Assembly (NCBI GenBank): GCA_963820825.1
Contig: CAWGBN010000006.1
Span: 448,001 to 512,000 of the forward strand
Length of the DNA stretch: 64,000 nt
Reading direction: 5' to 3'
Source of the DNA: Vulcanimicrobiota bacterium
Lineage (GTDB): Bacteria > Vulcanimicrobiota > Vulcanimicrobiia > Vulcanimicrobiales > Vulcanimicrobiaceae
The position numbers and the translations under genes are program-made. Numbering within the stretch: the stretch's first letter is position 1; every line of letters starts with the position of its first letter. The notes beneath the pieces were generated by a model. It did no database searches and was not told the DNA's origin. It saw only the letters and a program-made list of their open reading frames with translations. Below, in pieces: positions 31,371 to 41,689 of the stretch.

Positions 31371-31542
31371 GCCCATGTGGCCTGTGGCCACCTCAGACCG
31401 TTGCACTCAACGCGGCGGCCGGATAGGGGCCTCGTTTTGAACGGCCTTAGCTCCGCGCAGCCAGGGGGCCGCCGGGCCTCTTCTACGGATCATAGCCCCT
31501 GCAGCTGGGGGTGCAGGATCGGCGTAGCGGTCTGAGGTTCTA

Positions 31543-32139
31543 TTGATTTTGCTCTGGCAAACGTGCTATATGCGGAGCATTGTGAATCGAGATGTTATCG
31601 ACGATGCGAAAGCGCGCGAAATGAAGCTGCTTAAGGGCTCATGGCTTTCATTGCTTATACTTCTGCTTGGCTTAGCCGGAGCGGTGTTGCTGCAGATCCC
31701 CATCGGCTGGCGTGTAGCGATCGGCGTCGTCGCGGTGGTGGCCGCATACATCGCTCGAAACCAGATTGGGGCGCGCGTTTCTGCGATCGAGGCTGGTAGA
31801 TATGCGCCTTTGCGCCCTGGCGCTGCGGATCGAATAGCCGCCGGCATCAGCGCTGAGACCCCTCAGACGCTCACAATAAACGCGGAATCGGGCAGCGACA
31901 TCGACGACGTGGTCGCGGTGCTGAAAACGGCCCTTGAATCGAAAAAATGGGTCATTACAAAGATTGACCACGGCGCGTTGTGGGATGGGGGGAAAGGCAT
32001 CCAAGTCTATTACGCAGAGAGAGCTGCCGCCGCCGGCAAGGCCTTGATCGCAGCAATCAAGGCCGAAAATCTGCCGGTTAGCGGGGCTGGCGATACCACC
32101 GACGGACTGCCTATGCGAATCGCCGTTCGGCACCCGTGA
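31543..32139 (+). CDS. Hypothetical membrane protein (two N-terminal TM helices)
   Basis: Hydrophobic segments WLSLLILLLGLAGAVLL and VAIGVVAVVAAYIA; start uncertain. Confidence 0.55.
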   Translation: MILLWQTCYMRSIVNRDVIDDAKAREMKLLKGSWLSLLILLLGLAGAVLLQIPIGWRVAIGVVAVVAAYIARNQIGARVSAIEAGRYAPLRPGAADRIAAGISAETPQTLTINAESGSDIDDVVAVLKTALESKKWVITKIDHGALWDGGKGIQVYYAERAAAAGKALIAAIKAENLPVSGAGDTTDGLPMRIAVRHP

Positions 32140-32352
32140 TCGACTCGTCTAAGGACCGTAGTTAATTGCGTAGGTGCCTCAGCACGGATCAGAAACTCTA
32201 GAGTCGAGTCCCCAGTGCGCGCCCCTATAGCGACTTCTGTGATACGAAAGCGCCCAGACCGGACCGACACTCGGGACCTCGCAGCTCGGCACCGGCGGAG
32301 GGGTTCAGCTTTGCGCAGGTGCCCGTGCTTAAACCTTCGAGGGCAAGCGCGG

Positions 32353-32374
32353 CGGTTGCAAAATGGTTGCAATC
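32353..32374 (+). promoter_or_regulatory. Putative integrase arm-type sites (CGGTTGCAAAA TGGTTGCAATC), element 1 right end
   Basis: Same GGTTGCA motif and 11-bp period as 19269-19290, ~105 bp inside attR. Confidence 0.6.
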
Positions 32375-32479
32375 GGAGGCGCCTTCCCGTGCCTCTCCAT
32401 ACCCGAAGGTCGAGCAATTGTCTCGTAGTTCCCGCCTTCCGTGACTTACGCTGCCTCTCTAAAACCGTCGCTAGGCTTC

Positions 32480-32503
32480 TTCGATTCCTACACGCTCCCG
32501 CCA
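32480..32503 (+). repeat. attR of element 1 (tRNA-Sec 3' end including T-loop)
   Basis: Identical to 19200-19223. Confidence 0.92.
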
Positions 32504-32727
32504 CCTCCAAATTCTCGCGTATTTGCAAGGATTGTTGCGATGATGGGTGCGCTTCGCTACACCGTTTGCTTCGGTTTTCTTCGAAAAATCCGATTGGCAT
32601 TTGCACACTCCCTCCAACTCCGGGTCGCGGTTGGGCTGCTTTCTCATCGGACACCTTCCTTTTGCGTATTAGGGTGTCCAGCTCCCGACGGGGTCACTTC
32701 GCGGTCCGCGGCGCGGCAGGACCGAGG

Positions 32728-32760
32728 AAAAAGGGGGCCGTGCACAACGCACGGCCCCTT
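32728..32760 (-). terminator. Intrinsic terminator of the element 2 propeller gene
   Basis: GGGGCCGTGC-GTTGT-GCACGGCCCC followed by a T run on the minus strand. Confidence 0.7.
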
Positions 32761-32801
32761 AATTGAATGGTCTGCAGATGCGTGAGTTTAGCGTTTGCGC
32801 C

Positions 32802-33902
32802 CTACGGAACGAGCACTGGGGTAACGGCCACGCTGCTGTATGAGTTGCTGGGTACCCCTATGATGCTCTTTTTCGGTGCACCACCTGCCGGATAGGCATA
32901 CTCACTTGCTGTCTCGCTGCCCGACGTGGCCTGGTAGAGCAACCAAAGGCCGCGGCCTGAGGCCTGGAAGGTAAAGGCTCCGCCATAATGCGAGACGAGC
33001 GAAGTAGTCGAGATTGGACTGCCGAGTGAGCCTCCCTTCGGCGGATTGTAGGTATCGATCACCGCGGTAGGATTTGACCCATCTAGAATAGCGATCCGAC
33101 CAGCCCCGTCAACTTCAATGCCACCGGCGTATTGGATCGTATTGTTGATTGTGAGCGTCCTGACTCTCTTCGCATTGCAGCCGCCGTCAATTTTGCCGAA
33201 TGTCGTTTTGCCCGAGAGGGAACTGTAGACGTAAAGATTTCCCTTGCCGTCGAATCCGCCAACAGCCACGCCATTTGGAAAAGCCTTCGTGCCTTGGGCA
33301 ACTACTGTAGCGCATGGCGTTGTCGAACCGGCGGCGTAGAACATGACACCCTCGCCGCACTGGCTGCCGGACAGAATAGTACAGGTATCTACGGCAACGG
33401 TGCCTTGCCGCGAAACGGCGATGTTGCCGGGGTATCGGCCTGGCTGAAACGTCAACTTTGGCCCGTTTGTGTAAGGGGGCGCGTAGACCGTCACGTTATC
33501 GGCGAAATAATCTACAACATAGAGGTCGCCCGCCGTATCAGTCGCGAGCTCACCTGCAGATTGAAAACCACTCACTTGACCGACCATCTTGTTCTTGCCG
33601 CCTTGCAGAAAGATGTCGACGTTTGCTCCATCGTCTGCCAGGAAGACGAGCGGCTTGCCGACGGCTCCGGGCTCCATGAAGCTCGGCGTTGTCACGCCGT
33701 GACGGGGAACGATGCCTCCGTGCATCGCCAGGAAACTGTTGAGCCGGCCATTTTGAAAGGCTGGTCTTTGGGTGGACGGGCTCCAGGCGGCTGATTGCGC
33801 AAGAGGCGTTGGGGCCATTTGGGAACTGCCTCCGCAACCGGCCAGCGCTGTCAGTGCAATGGACGTGAGGAACGCGTAATCCGCTACTTTATAAATTCGC
33901 AT
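32802..33902 (-). CDS. Secreted beta-propeller lipoprotein (paralog of 40334-41443)
   Basis: LAGC lipobox; GKPLVFLAD, NKMVGQ, VYAPPYT, EYAYPAGG, ends AVTPVLVP; RBS GAGG before ATG 33902. Confidence 0.82.
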   Translation of the reverse strand: MRIYKVADYAFLTSIALTALAGCGGSSQMAPTPLAQSAAWSPSTQRPAFQNGRLNSFLAMHGGIVPRHGVTTPSFMEPGAVGKPLVFLADDGANVDIFLQGGKNKMVGQVSGFQSAGELATDTAGDLYVVDYFADNVTVYAPPYTNGPKLTFQPGRYPGNIAVSRQGTVAVDTCTILSGSQCGEGVMFYAAGSTTPCATVVAQGTKAFPNGVAVGGFDGKGNLYVYSSLSGKTTFGKIDGGCNAKRVRTLTINNTIQYAGGIEVDGAGRIAILDGSNPTAVIDTYNPPKGGSLGSPISTTSLVSHYGGAFTFQASGRGLWLLYQATSGSETASEYAYPAGGAPKKSIIGVPSNSYSSVAVTPVLVP

Positions 33903-34029
33903 GATGAGGTCTCCTCTGAAGTCGAGCAAGGGCGTAGACTCTTGATCCCATCCTGCTCCCGCGGAGGGAAGAGGTCCAGGGACACTCGTACAGATTATTC
34001 GGACAGTTCGACCGCCGATTGGAGGGTGG

Positions 34030-36570
34030 ATGGAGGCTGCCGGTCGACCTCGCTTCGGAGCGCTGCTGCGGCAGTTTCGTCTCGATGCGGGGATGACGCA
34101 GCAAGAACTCGCCGAGCGGGCGAATTTGAGCGCAGATGCGGTCAGCACGCTTGAGCGAGGGGCTCGAACGCGGCCCTATCGCGAGACGATCGTTCTGCTG
34201 GGGCGGGCCCTGGATTTGTCGCCGGAGCGTGAGGCGCTCCTGGCGAGCGCCGTTGGCATCGCCCATCCACCGCGCCGGCGCAGGGAGGCGCTCGAACCCA
34301 TCGCTATTGCGGATCGTTCGCCCCGAGCCGCAAGCGACGCCGGAGCCACAATCTCCCACAGCAGCTGACTTCCTTCGTTGGGCGGGACCACGAGGTCGCC
34401 GAGATTGCAGCGCTCCTGCGCGAGCACCGACTCGTCACCGTAGTCGGAGCCGGTGGAGTCGGTAAGACGCGCGTCGCCGTGCAAACTGGCAGCGACCTAG
34501 TCGACGGCAGTCCGGACGGCGTGTGGATTGTCGACCTTGCCCCGCTTGCGGATCAAACACTTTTGGCGAGCGCGGTTTTAGCGGTCCTGCAGCATTCCGC
34601 AACAACTGGATCTGCCCTAGACGTTGTCGTCGCGTACCTCAAGACGCGCCGCCTCCTACTTATTTTAGACAACTGCGAGCACCTGGTCGTTGCGGCTCGC
34701 GAGATGGCGACTACTATCATCGGGTTGTGCCCAAACGTGCGCATCCTAGCGACGAGCCGCGAGGCGTTGGACGCGCCCGGTGAGCGCGTCTATCGGTTGC
34801 CGTCCCTGGCGGTTCCACCCGATTCGCGTGCGAGTGCACAAGACGCACTGCGCTATGCAGCGGTGGCCCTCTTCGTTGACCGGGCGCATGCCGTCAACTC
34901 CAGCTTTGCGCTCGTCGACGACAACGCGCCGGATGTCAGCGAGATCTGCCGGCACCTAGACGGCATTCCGCTGGCCATCGAGTTGGCCGCCGCTCGCGTG
35001 AAGGTGCTCGCACCGCGTCAGATCGAGCGGCGGCTCGACCAACGCTTCCGATTGCTTACCGGCGGAGACTCGCGTGCCTTGCCGAGGCATCAGACGATGA
35101 CGGCTCTTATCGACTGGAGCTACGACCTCCTGACGGCGCGCGAGCAGAGGTTCTTTGAGTGGCTCTCGGTTTTCGCGGGTGACAGTACGCTGGAGGCGGT
35201 CGACGGCCGTCTGTGCGGCCGATGACGAAGACGATGTCGCGGTGATAGACCTCATCGCGTCGCTCGTGACGAAGTCGTTGCTGGTTGCCGAGTTGGCCGG
35301 CAATGAGCAGCGCTATTGGCTCTTAGAATCATCGCGGCAGTACGCGCGAGACAAGCTGATCGCGCGCGGCGAGCAGGATGATTTCGCACGACGTCATGCG
35401 ATCTTCTATGTGGAACTGGCAGAGCGACGGGAACGCGAGTGGGACACGATTCCCGATCATGCGTGGCTTCCGCAGGCGACAGTCGAATTGGAGAACTGGC
35501 GGGCAGCGCTGGAGTGGGCACTCGCAAGGAGAGGCGACGTAACTTTGGGACAGCGTATGGCTGCCGTACGCGCCGTTATGTGGCGCAGCTTTACGCTGGC
35601 CGAAGGGCGGCGCTGGGTGCGAGCCGCGATGGAACTGGTCCTAGAAGACACGCCGTTCCTTCTTACCGCGCAACTGGAACATAGTGAAGCTGAAGGCGCC
35701 CGTCGATTCGGCGACTTTCAGATGGCATTCACCAAGGCTGAGAGCGCATTGTCGCGATTTTGCAAGCTTGGTGACGCGAGGGGAATCGCTGAGACTCAAA
35801 GTCTAGCCGGCGCGATGCTCTCCGTTCTGGGAAGGCCAGGGGAGGCAGAGCCTCTGCTCCGTGAAGCTTTAGAGGCCGCGGATACAATCGGTGACTGCCG
35901 CTTGAGGGCTAGCACCCTGTTCCGATTGGGACTCGTACGAAACGAAGTTGCTGACTACGCCGGCGCAGAAGTCTATTTCACCGAAGCACTTGAACTTGCA
36001 AAAGCGCTCGGCGCCACGATCATAAGCATCTCGGTGCGCATCGCGCTGGCTCAAAACGAGCACTTTACGGGAAACGCCGAAAAGGCGCTGCAGCTCATTG
36101 AGGATGTGCTGGCAGACTATCGCTCGCTGAACGCCTCAGGAGCGGCGATCAGTGCAGCCTATGCTCTGACGGACAGGGCTACATATCTCATCGCGCTGGG
36201 TCGATACGACGAGGCACGAGTACAAGCCAATAACGCACTGACGGTTGGCCGCGAGGGTCAGCTCGTTTTCGTAATCGCCAGATCGCTGCAGCAGCTTGCA
36301 GTGCTGGCGTTGCTCGGAGCTCAGGTCGAACATGTACCCGCGGCAGCGAGACACGCGGGAGCCGCTCGGCTCTTCGGCTTCGTCCAAGGTCGCCTTACTA
36401 CATTGGGATCACTGGAGGATCTGGAGCGAGACTACTACATAAGCGCCCTCGCGCTGCTACGCGACACCGTTGGTGCCGAAAAACTTACTAAGATGATGGC
36501 CACGGGCGCGACGATGACCGAAGATGAGGCGGTCGCGCAAGCGCACGCGCTCGAAGCAACTTCAGCTTAG
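34030..36570 (+). pseudogene. XRE-HTH + NB-ARC-like NTPase + TPR regulator, frameshifted
   Basis: FGALLRQFRLDAGMTQQELAERA, GAGGVGKTR, LILDNCEH, LDGIPLAIELAAAR and TPRs spread over several frames (breaks near 34300-34370 and ~35200); colinear with intact paralog 37324-39858. Confidence 0.8.
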
Positions 36571-36699
36571 TTCATTGGTCTTCGCTGCTTCTATCGTCGG
36601 TACGCGGGAGCAGCCGGAAGCAAGAACGGCGAAAAGCTCTTTACTTTGCTTGCGTTTTCACCGATTCGACCAGTCTTAGTCTAACAACGGTGTAGCAGT

Positions 36700-36917
36700 G
36701 TATCGGAAGACCACGAGCTCGTAGCTAGTGCAAACGACTTGTTCCTAAAGGCGGAGCGTCTCACTACACCGTTTACTACACAGAATCGGCCAAAAGCGGC
36801 CTGCATTCTATTGGCTTTACCAGCCCTATGCTCGAAATTGCCGGTACAATCAAGGACTTTCGAGGCTCAGAGGGTAGTGGCGGGGACGTTAGGAGAACGT
36901 CCTACACGCTCCCGCCA
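36700..36917 (+). repeat. Conserved cassette right end, copy A (arm motifs 36763-36785; 40-bp core 36878-36917)
   Basis: Aligns with 41690-41910 and 49815-50007; core TGGCGGGGACGTTAGG-AGAACGT-CCTACACGCTCCCGCCA. Confidence 0.88.
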
Positions 36918-37323
36918 GGTCAAAACACTCCCTCCACTTAGCGATTTTCGCCTTATTCTACGCGGGTTTGCGGCGGGCGATGCTTTTCACTACACCGTTT
37001 GCTACACAGATATGGGATCGGTAGGCGCTCGCGCTAGAAGGCATTGCGGAAGACCCCAGCGTCCGATTGTAGCGGCTCAGTGACGGCGAACCCGATTGGC
37101 GTTAAGAAATACGACTTACGGGGGAGCGGCGCGCCGCGCGTTGACAATCGATTGATTTAACGTTCTGCGATTGATCGCATAGCTCCGCACCGGCGCAAAC
37201 AGCGATGTCGCGCCGATCCTGCGTACCGGCGGCTCCAATACGGAACTAGAGCCTTACCGCGGCATCGCCGTTTTTTAGCTGCGGCGCAGCGCGATGTGAT
37301 TGCGAAATTCGTATAGTGTGCTG

Positions 37324-39858
37324 TCATTCAAGCGCGCGCGCTTGGTCGATCGCCTCATCTTCGGACATCGTCGCGCCAGCCGCCATTAAACGCGCGAGCT
37401 CATCATCACTGATCGCTTCTCGAAGCGTGGCCAGCGCGCGATCGCGCTCCTGTGGTATGAAGAACACCTCCGGGATTTCCAATTCAGTAAAGCGAGCGGC
37501 GACGAAACCTAAGAGCCGCGCGGCGCCGGAAAAGCGCTCAGAGGAGACCTGCCCCTCGGTCGGTGGCGAAAACACCGTGACCAAGGCAAGATGCAGTAAC
37601 GAGCCGGCGACCAGCACGCCGATCCGGAGGTCACGTGCAAGTTCGAGCGCTTCGTGTGCACGCGCCCGCGCCTCATCATATCGGCCCAGCACAATAAGGT
37701 ACTGCGAAATGCTGGCGATCATATTCGGGATCTTGGGTGCCGCTGACCAGTGCAGCGACCGAAGAGCTGTGACCGCGTCAGTCATGAGCCGTAGCGCTGC
37801 TTCATAGCTGCCGGCGTCGGCCTCGTTGTCCGCAAGAGATGCCGCAATCGAAGCTGCAAGAATCTCGGCACCCACCATCTTGGCTAGGCCGAGCGCTTCG
37901 GTATAGTATGCTCGCGCCCCGGTGATATCACGACGGCGGAGTGTTGCCAAAAGCCCCATTCTCCGCAAAACGAGAGCGGCCAGCCGCCGATCGCCCAAGG
38001 TGCGGGCTGTCGCGAGAGCTTCGTGCAGCAGCGGCTCGGCTTCCGCAAACCTTTCCAGAATAACAAGCGACGAAGATGCCAAGCCCTGCACCTGAGCGAT
38101 ACCTCGGACGTCATCGACTTCGCGATACCGCACAAGAGCTCGCTCGGCCGCCGCCAACGCGGCGCGGGCATTAGAAGACTCCGAGGCAACTTCAGCATAA
38201 GCATGGTATAGGCGCGCCATGAGACGAAGCGGAGTCCCTTCATCGGCCGATGCGAGTGCCACTTCCACCCAACGTCTCGCCTCGGGTAGCGAGAGGCTGT
38301 ACAATAGTACCATCCGCAAAGTTGCGAGGCGTTGTCCAAGGACGACGTCGCCCCGTTTACTGAGCGCCCAGGCAAGCACAGCACGCCAGTTATCTGATTC
38401 TGCTTGGACCATCGGGAGCCACTCCCGGTCGGGTGTCGCGTTCCACGCGAGTTCGAGCCGTTCGGCTAGTTCGAGGTACGTGAGCGCATGACGCGATGTT
38501 ATTCGCTCCTGCTCGCCGCACGCAATCAGCTTGTCCCGGGCGTACTGCCGCGATGATTCTAGGAGTCTGTAGCGCTGTTCGTCACTAGCCAACTCGGCAA
38601 CTAGCAATGACTTCGTCACGAGCGATGTAATGAGGTCTATCACCGCAATATCGTCTTCGTCATCGGCCGCGCAGACTGCCGTTATCGCCTCCAGCGAACA
38701 GTCGCCCGCGAAGACCGAGAGCGTTTCAAAGAACTTCTGCTCGCGCGCCGTCAAGAGGTCGTAGCTCCAGTCAATAAGGGCGGTCATCGTCTGGTGGCGC
38801 GGCAAGGCACGCGAATCTCCGCCGGTGAGTAAGTGGAAGCGCTGGTCGAGCCGCCGCGCGATCTGACGCGGTGCGAGCACCTTTACGCGAGCGGCGGCCA
38901 ACTCAATGGCGAGCGGAATGCCGTCTAGGCGGCGGCAGATCTCGTTAACGTCCGGCGCGTTGTCGTCGACGAGCGCAAAGCTGCGATTGACGGCATGCGC
39001 ACGTTCAACGAACAGAGTCACCGCTCCGTAGCGCAGTGCGTCTTGTGCAGTCCCAGGCGAATCGGGTGGAACCGCCATGGACGGCAACCGATAGACGCGC
39101 TCACCTGGCTCGTCCAACGCCTCCCGGCTCGTCGTTAGGATGCGCACGTGTGGGCAAAACTCGATGATAGTAGTCGCCACCTCGCGAGCGGCACTGATCA
39201 CATGCTCGCAGTTATCTAAAATGAGTAAGAGGCGTCGCGTCTTGAGGTACGCGACGACAACGTCTAAGGCAGACCCAGTCGTTGCGGGATGCTGCAGGGC
39301 TGCTAAGACTGCGCTCGCCACAAGTGTTTGATCCGCCATTGGAGCCAGGTCGACTAGCCAGACACCGTCCAAAAAACCGTCCAGTAGGGCGCTCCCTATC
39401 TGCAGCGCAACACGACTTTTGCCGATTCCGCCGGCGCCGAAAATCGTTACGAGTCGGTGATCGCGCAAAAGCGCTGCGATCGCCGCGACCTCGCGCTCTC
39501 GCCCAACGAACGAGCTCAAGTGAGCAGAGAGATTGTGCTTTGCCGTCGCTTGCGCGTCGGCACGCACGATCCGTACCAGCGATGCCTTCAACGCCTCGCT
39601 GCTCCCCCGACGGCGCGGCGGATGTGGGATGCCGGCGGCGCTTTCCAGCAGCGCCGTGCGCTCGGGCGGCAACTTAAGCGCGCGGCTGAGCAAAATCACG
39701 GTCTCCCGATGAGGCCGCGTTCGAGCGCCACGCTCGAGCGTGCTGATTGCCTCCATGCTCAGCCTTGCTCGCTCGGCGAGTTCTTGCTGTGTGATGCCGG
39801 CCTCGAGGCGAAACTGCCTCAGCAGTGCCCCGAAGTCAGCTGGGCTGGAAGCCTCCAT
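37324..39858 (-). CDS. XRE-HTH + NB-ARC-like NTPase + TPR transcriptional regulator
   Basis: FGALLRQFRLEAGITQQELAERA, SFVGRERE, GAGGIGKS, LILDNCEH, LDGIPLAIELAAAR, DWSYDLL, TPR helices. Confidence 0.9.
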   Translation of the reverse strand: MEASSPADFGALLRQFRLEAGITQQELAERARLSMEAISTLERGARTRPHRETVILLSRALKLPPERTALLESAAGIPHPPRRRGSSEALKASLVRIVRADAQATAKHNLSAHLSSFVGREREVAAIAALLRDHRLVTIFGAGGIGKSRVALQIGSALLDGFLDGVWLVDLAPMADQTLVASAVLAALQHPATTGSALDVVVAYLKTRRLLLILDNCEHVISAAREVATTIIEFCPHVRILTTSREALDEPGERVYRLPSMAVPPDSPGTAQDALRYGAVTLFVERAHAVNRSFALVDDNAPDVNEICRRLDGIPLAIELAAARVKVLAPRQIARRLDQRFHLLTGGDSRALPRHQTMTALIDWSYDLLTAREQKFFETLSVFAGDCSLEAITAVCAADDEDDIAVIDLITSLVTKSLLVAELASDEQRYRLLESSRQYARDKLIACGEQERITSRHALTYLELAERLELAWNATPDREWLPMVQAESDNWRAVLAWALSKRGDVVLGQRLATLRMVLLYSLSLPEARRWVEVALASADEGTPLRLMARLYHAYAEVASESSNARAALAAAERALVRYREVDDVRGIAQVQGLASSSLVILERFAEAEPLLHEALATARTLGDRRLAALVLRRMGLLATLRRRDITGARAYYTEALGLAKMVGAEILAASIAASLADNEADAGSYEAALRLMTDAVTALRSLHWSAAPKIPNMIASISQYLIVLGRYDEARARAHEALELARDLRIGVLVAGSLLHLALVTVFSPPTEGQVSSERFSGAARLLGFVAARFTELEIPEVFFIPQERDRALATLREAISDDELARLMAAGATMSEDEAIDQARALE

Positions 39859-40055
39859 CCCCCTCCATCGGGTAGCGCCGAATTGTACGAATAACTTGTA
39901 CGAACGTACCTGGACCTCTTCGCCCCAAGGGGAGAAAATGATTGCGCGGGTCTGCCGCCCCACGATGTCGCCGGTCCCGCCGCCCGAGAAGCGCGCGATT
40001 CTCAAGCCTAGCGCGAACCTTGAGCGCGTTACGACTTCACTAAGGAGAGCTCAAC

Positions 40056-40210
40056 ATGAGTATTTCTAACGCGGTGCGCCATGCGTTGAACACATAATCC
40101 CTTCGACGCTGAGCTTAGCCCGCTCGCCGAGCTGCTCTTGCGTCATCCCTGCGTCGGCAAAACTGTCTGAGCAGAGCGCCGAAGTGGAGTCGACTGACCG
40201 TTTCCGTCCC
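40056..40210. pseudogene. Back-to-back remnants: truncated propeller start (+, 40056-40097) and frameshifted XRE-HTH start (-, ~40100-40210)
   Basis: MSISNAVRHAL with GGAGAG RBS resembles MCTSKAASHAL at 40334; minus strand HFGALLRQF / DAGMTQEQLGERAKLSVE resembles the regulator N-terminus. Confidence 0.7.
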
Positions 40211-40333
40211 GCTCCCGGTTGTCGTCCAAACTGTGCAGGTAAAATGTACGGGTGTGCCTGGACCGATTCCCTCTACCGGCGCAGGATGGATCTGACAAGA
40301 ACCCTCTTCCTCTACTCTTACGGGAGAGTCAAC

Positions 40334-41443
40334 ATGTGTACTTCTAAAGCGGCGAGTCACGCGCTCATCGCATCAATTGCACTAGCAGCACCGGCCGGTT
40401 GCAGCGGAGGTTCCGCAATGGCCCCCACGCCTCTTGCGCAATCGAGCGCCGGGAGCCCGTCCCTCCAAGGGCCACCTTTTACAAATGGAAGGCTCAACAG
40501 TTTCAGGACGATGCGCGGAGGCATCGTTCCCGGTCATGGCACGACAAGGCCGAGCTTCTTTAGTCCCGACGCTAAAGGGAAGCCGCTCATCTTCATCGCG
40601 GATTTGCAGAACAACGTCGTGAACATCTATCTGCAGGCCCGCAAGAATAAGATGGTCGGCCAAATTACGGGTCTCAAGGCGCCAGTGGCCCTCACGACCG
40701 ACGCCTCAAGGAATCTATACGTTGGGGAGGAGACCGGAGATGTACTCGTGTACGCGCCTCCGTACACGGCGTCACCAAAGCTGGTACTCGACGACAGCAA
40801 CGATGATCCTTACGCCATTTCCGTTTCACGTCAGGGAATCGTGGCCGTAGCCAACGTCTGCTCATTAACGCCGAGCGGGCAGTGTAATATCAATAGCGGA
40901 AGTGTCATCTTCTACGCCAAGAATGCCACCAAGGCTTGCGCCACTGTTGCCGATCCGACGACCTTAGGATACTACAACGGTGACGCCTTTGCCGACAATG
41001 GAAGGCTTTACATCACGGGATACCTCCCGGCGGGCTCGGATAGCTATTATGCCATAGGCGAAATTAAGGGCGGTTGCCAAGCGAAGCGGATCACGCTGCT
41101 CGCGAAGAGCGGGAGGGTTGCTTACGGCACCATCAAGATAAACAAGGCGGGCCAAATCGCCGTGATTTATGAAGGCACTAGCCCGGAGGTTTTGTACACC
41201 TATGATCCTCCCAAACACGGCTCCCTCGGAAACCCCGTCTCGAGCACCCCTTTGGTCGGTACGACGGCGGCGAGCTTCACATTTCTTGCGTCAGGATCCG
41301 ACGTTTATACGGCCGACTATTCCAACAGCGGCATCGGATCGAGTAGCGAGTATGACTATCCAATCGGTGGGATGGCGGAAAAGACTATCGCCGTTGGCGG
41401 ACTCCCAGTTGATGTGGCGGTCACGCCGGCGCTCGTTCCGTAG
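40334..41443 (+). CDS. Secreted beta-propeller lipoprotein (paralog of 32802-33902)
   Basis: AGC lipobox; GKPLIFIAD, NKMVGQ, VYAPPYT, EYDYPIGG, ends AVTPALVP. Confidence 0.82.
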   Translation: MCTSKAASHALIASIALAAPAGCSGGSAMAPTPLAQSSAGSPSLQGPPFTNGRLNSFRTMRGGIVPGHGTTRPSFFSPDAKGKPLIFIADLQNNVVNIYLQARKNKMVGQITGLKAPVALTTDASRNLYVGEETGDVLVYAPPYTASPKLVLDDSNDDPYAISVSRQGIVAVANVCSLTPSGQCNINSGSVIFYAKNATKACATVADPTTLGYYNGDAFADNGRLYITGYLPAGSDSYYAIGEIKGGCQAKRITLLAKSGRVAYGTIKINKAGQIAVIYEGTSPEVLYTYDPPKHGSLGNPVSSTPLVGTTAASFTFLASGSDVYTADYSNSGIGSSSEYDYPIGGMAEKTIAVGGLPVDVAVTPALVP

Positions 41444-41486
41444 GGCGCAAACGCTAAAACGCACGCATCTTCGGACTGCTTCGATT

Positions 41487-41520
41487 GAGGGGCGTGCGTT
41501 GTGCACGGCCCTCTTTTTCC
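41487..41520 (+). terminator. Intrinsic terminator of the element 3 propeller gene
   Basis: GAGGGGCGTGC-GTTGT-GCACGGCCCTC-TTTTT, homologous to 32728-32760. Confidence 0.7.
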
Positions 41521-41689
41521 GATCGCCACGCTCCGCCCGGGCGTTTGAAGCGCGAATCTATCCAAGGTAGTTTCTGGCAGTCTCTGTCGGATTAGGCCAG
41601 CGGCTTGGCCTCCTTGCTCACGGCAATTGCGAAACTGTTTTTAGCAGCACTTTCGCAGATTCGACCGATTTTGGCCTAACGACCGTATA

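Larger units (their letters stand above)
19224..32503. mobile_element. Element 1: integrated phage-satellite-like genomic island at selC (13.3 kb)
   Basis: 24-bp direct repeat TTCGATTCCTACACGCTCCCGCCA at 19200-19223 and 32480-32503; integrase, primase-helicase, xis-like gene; matching GGTTGCA tandem motifs near both ends. Confidence 0.9.
32504..36917. mobile_element. Element 2: integrase-less att-flanked cassette (4.4 kb)
   Basis: Bounded by tRNA 3'-end copies; CTACACCGTTTG motif at 32557 and ACTACACCGTTTACTACAC at 36763; no recombinase ORF. Confidence 0.75.

Noticed and set aside
37141..37170. TTGACA as a sigma70 promoter in cassette 3
   Set aside because: No -10 element at proper spacing and no downstream + strand gene
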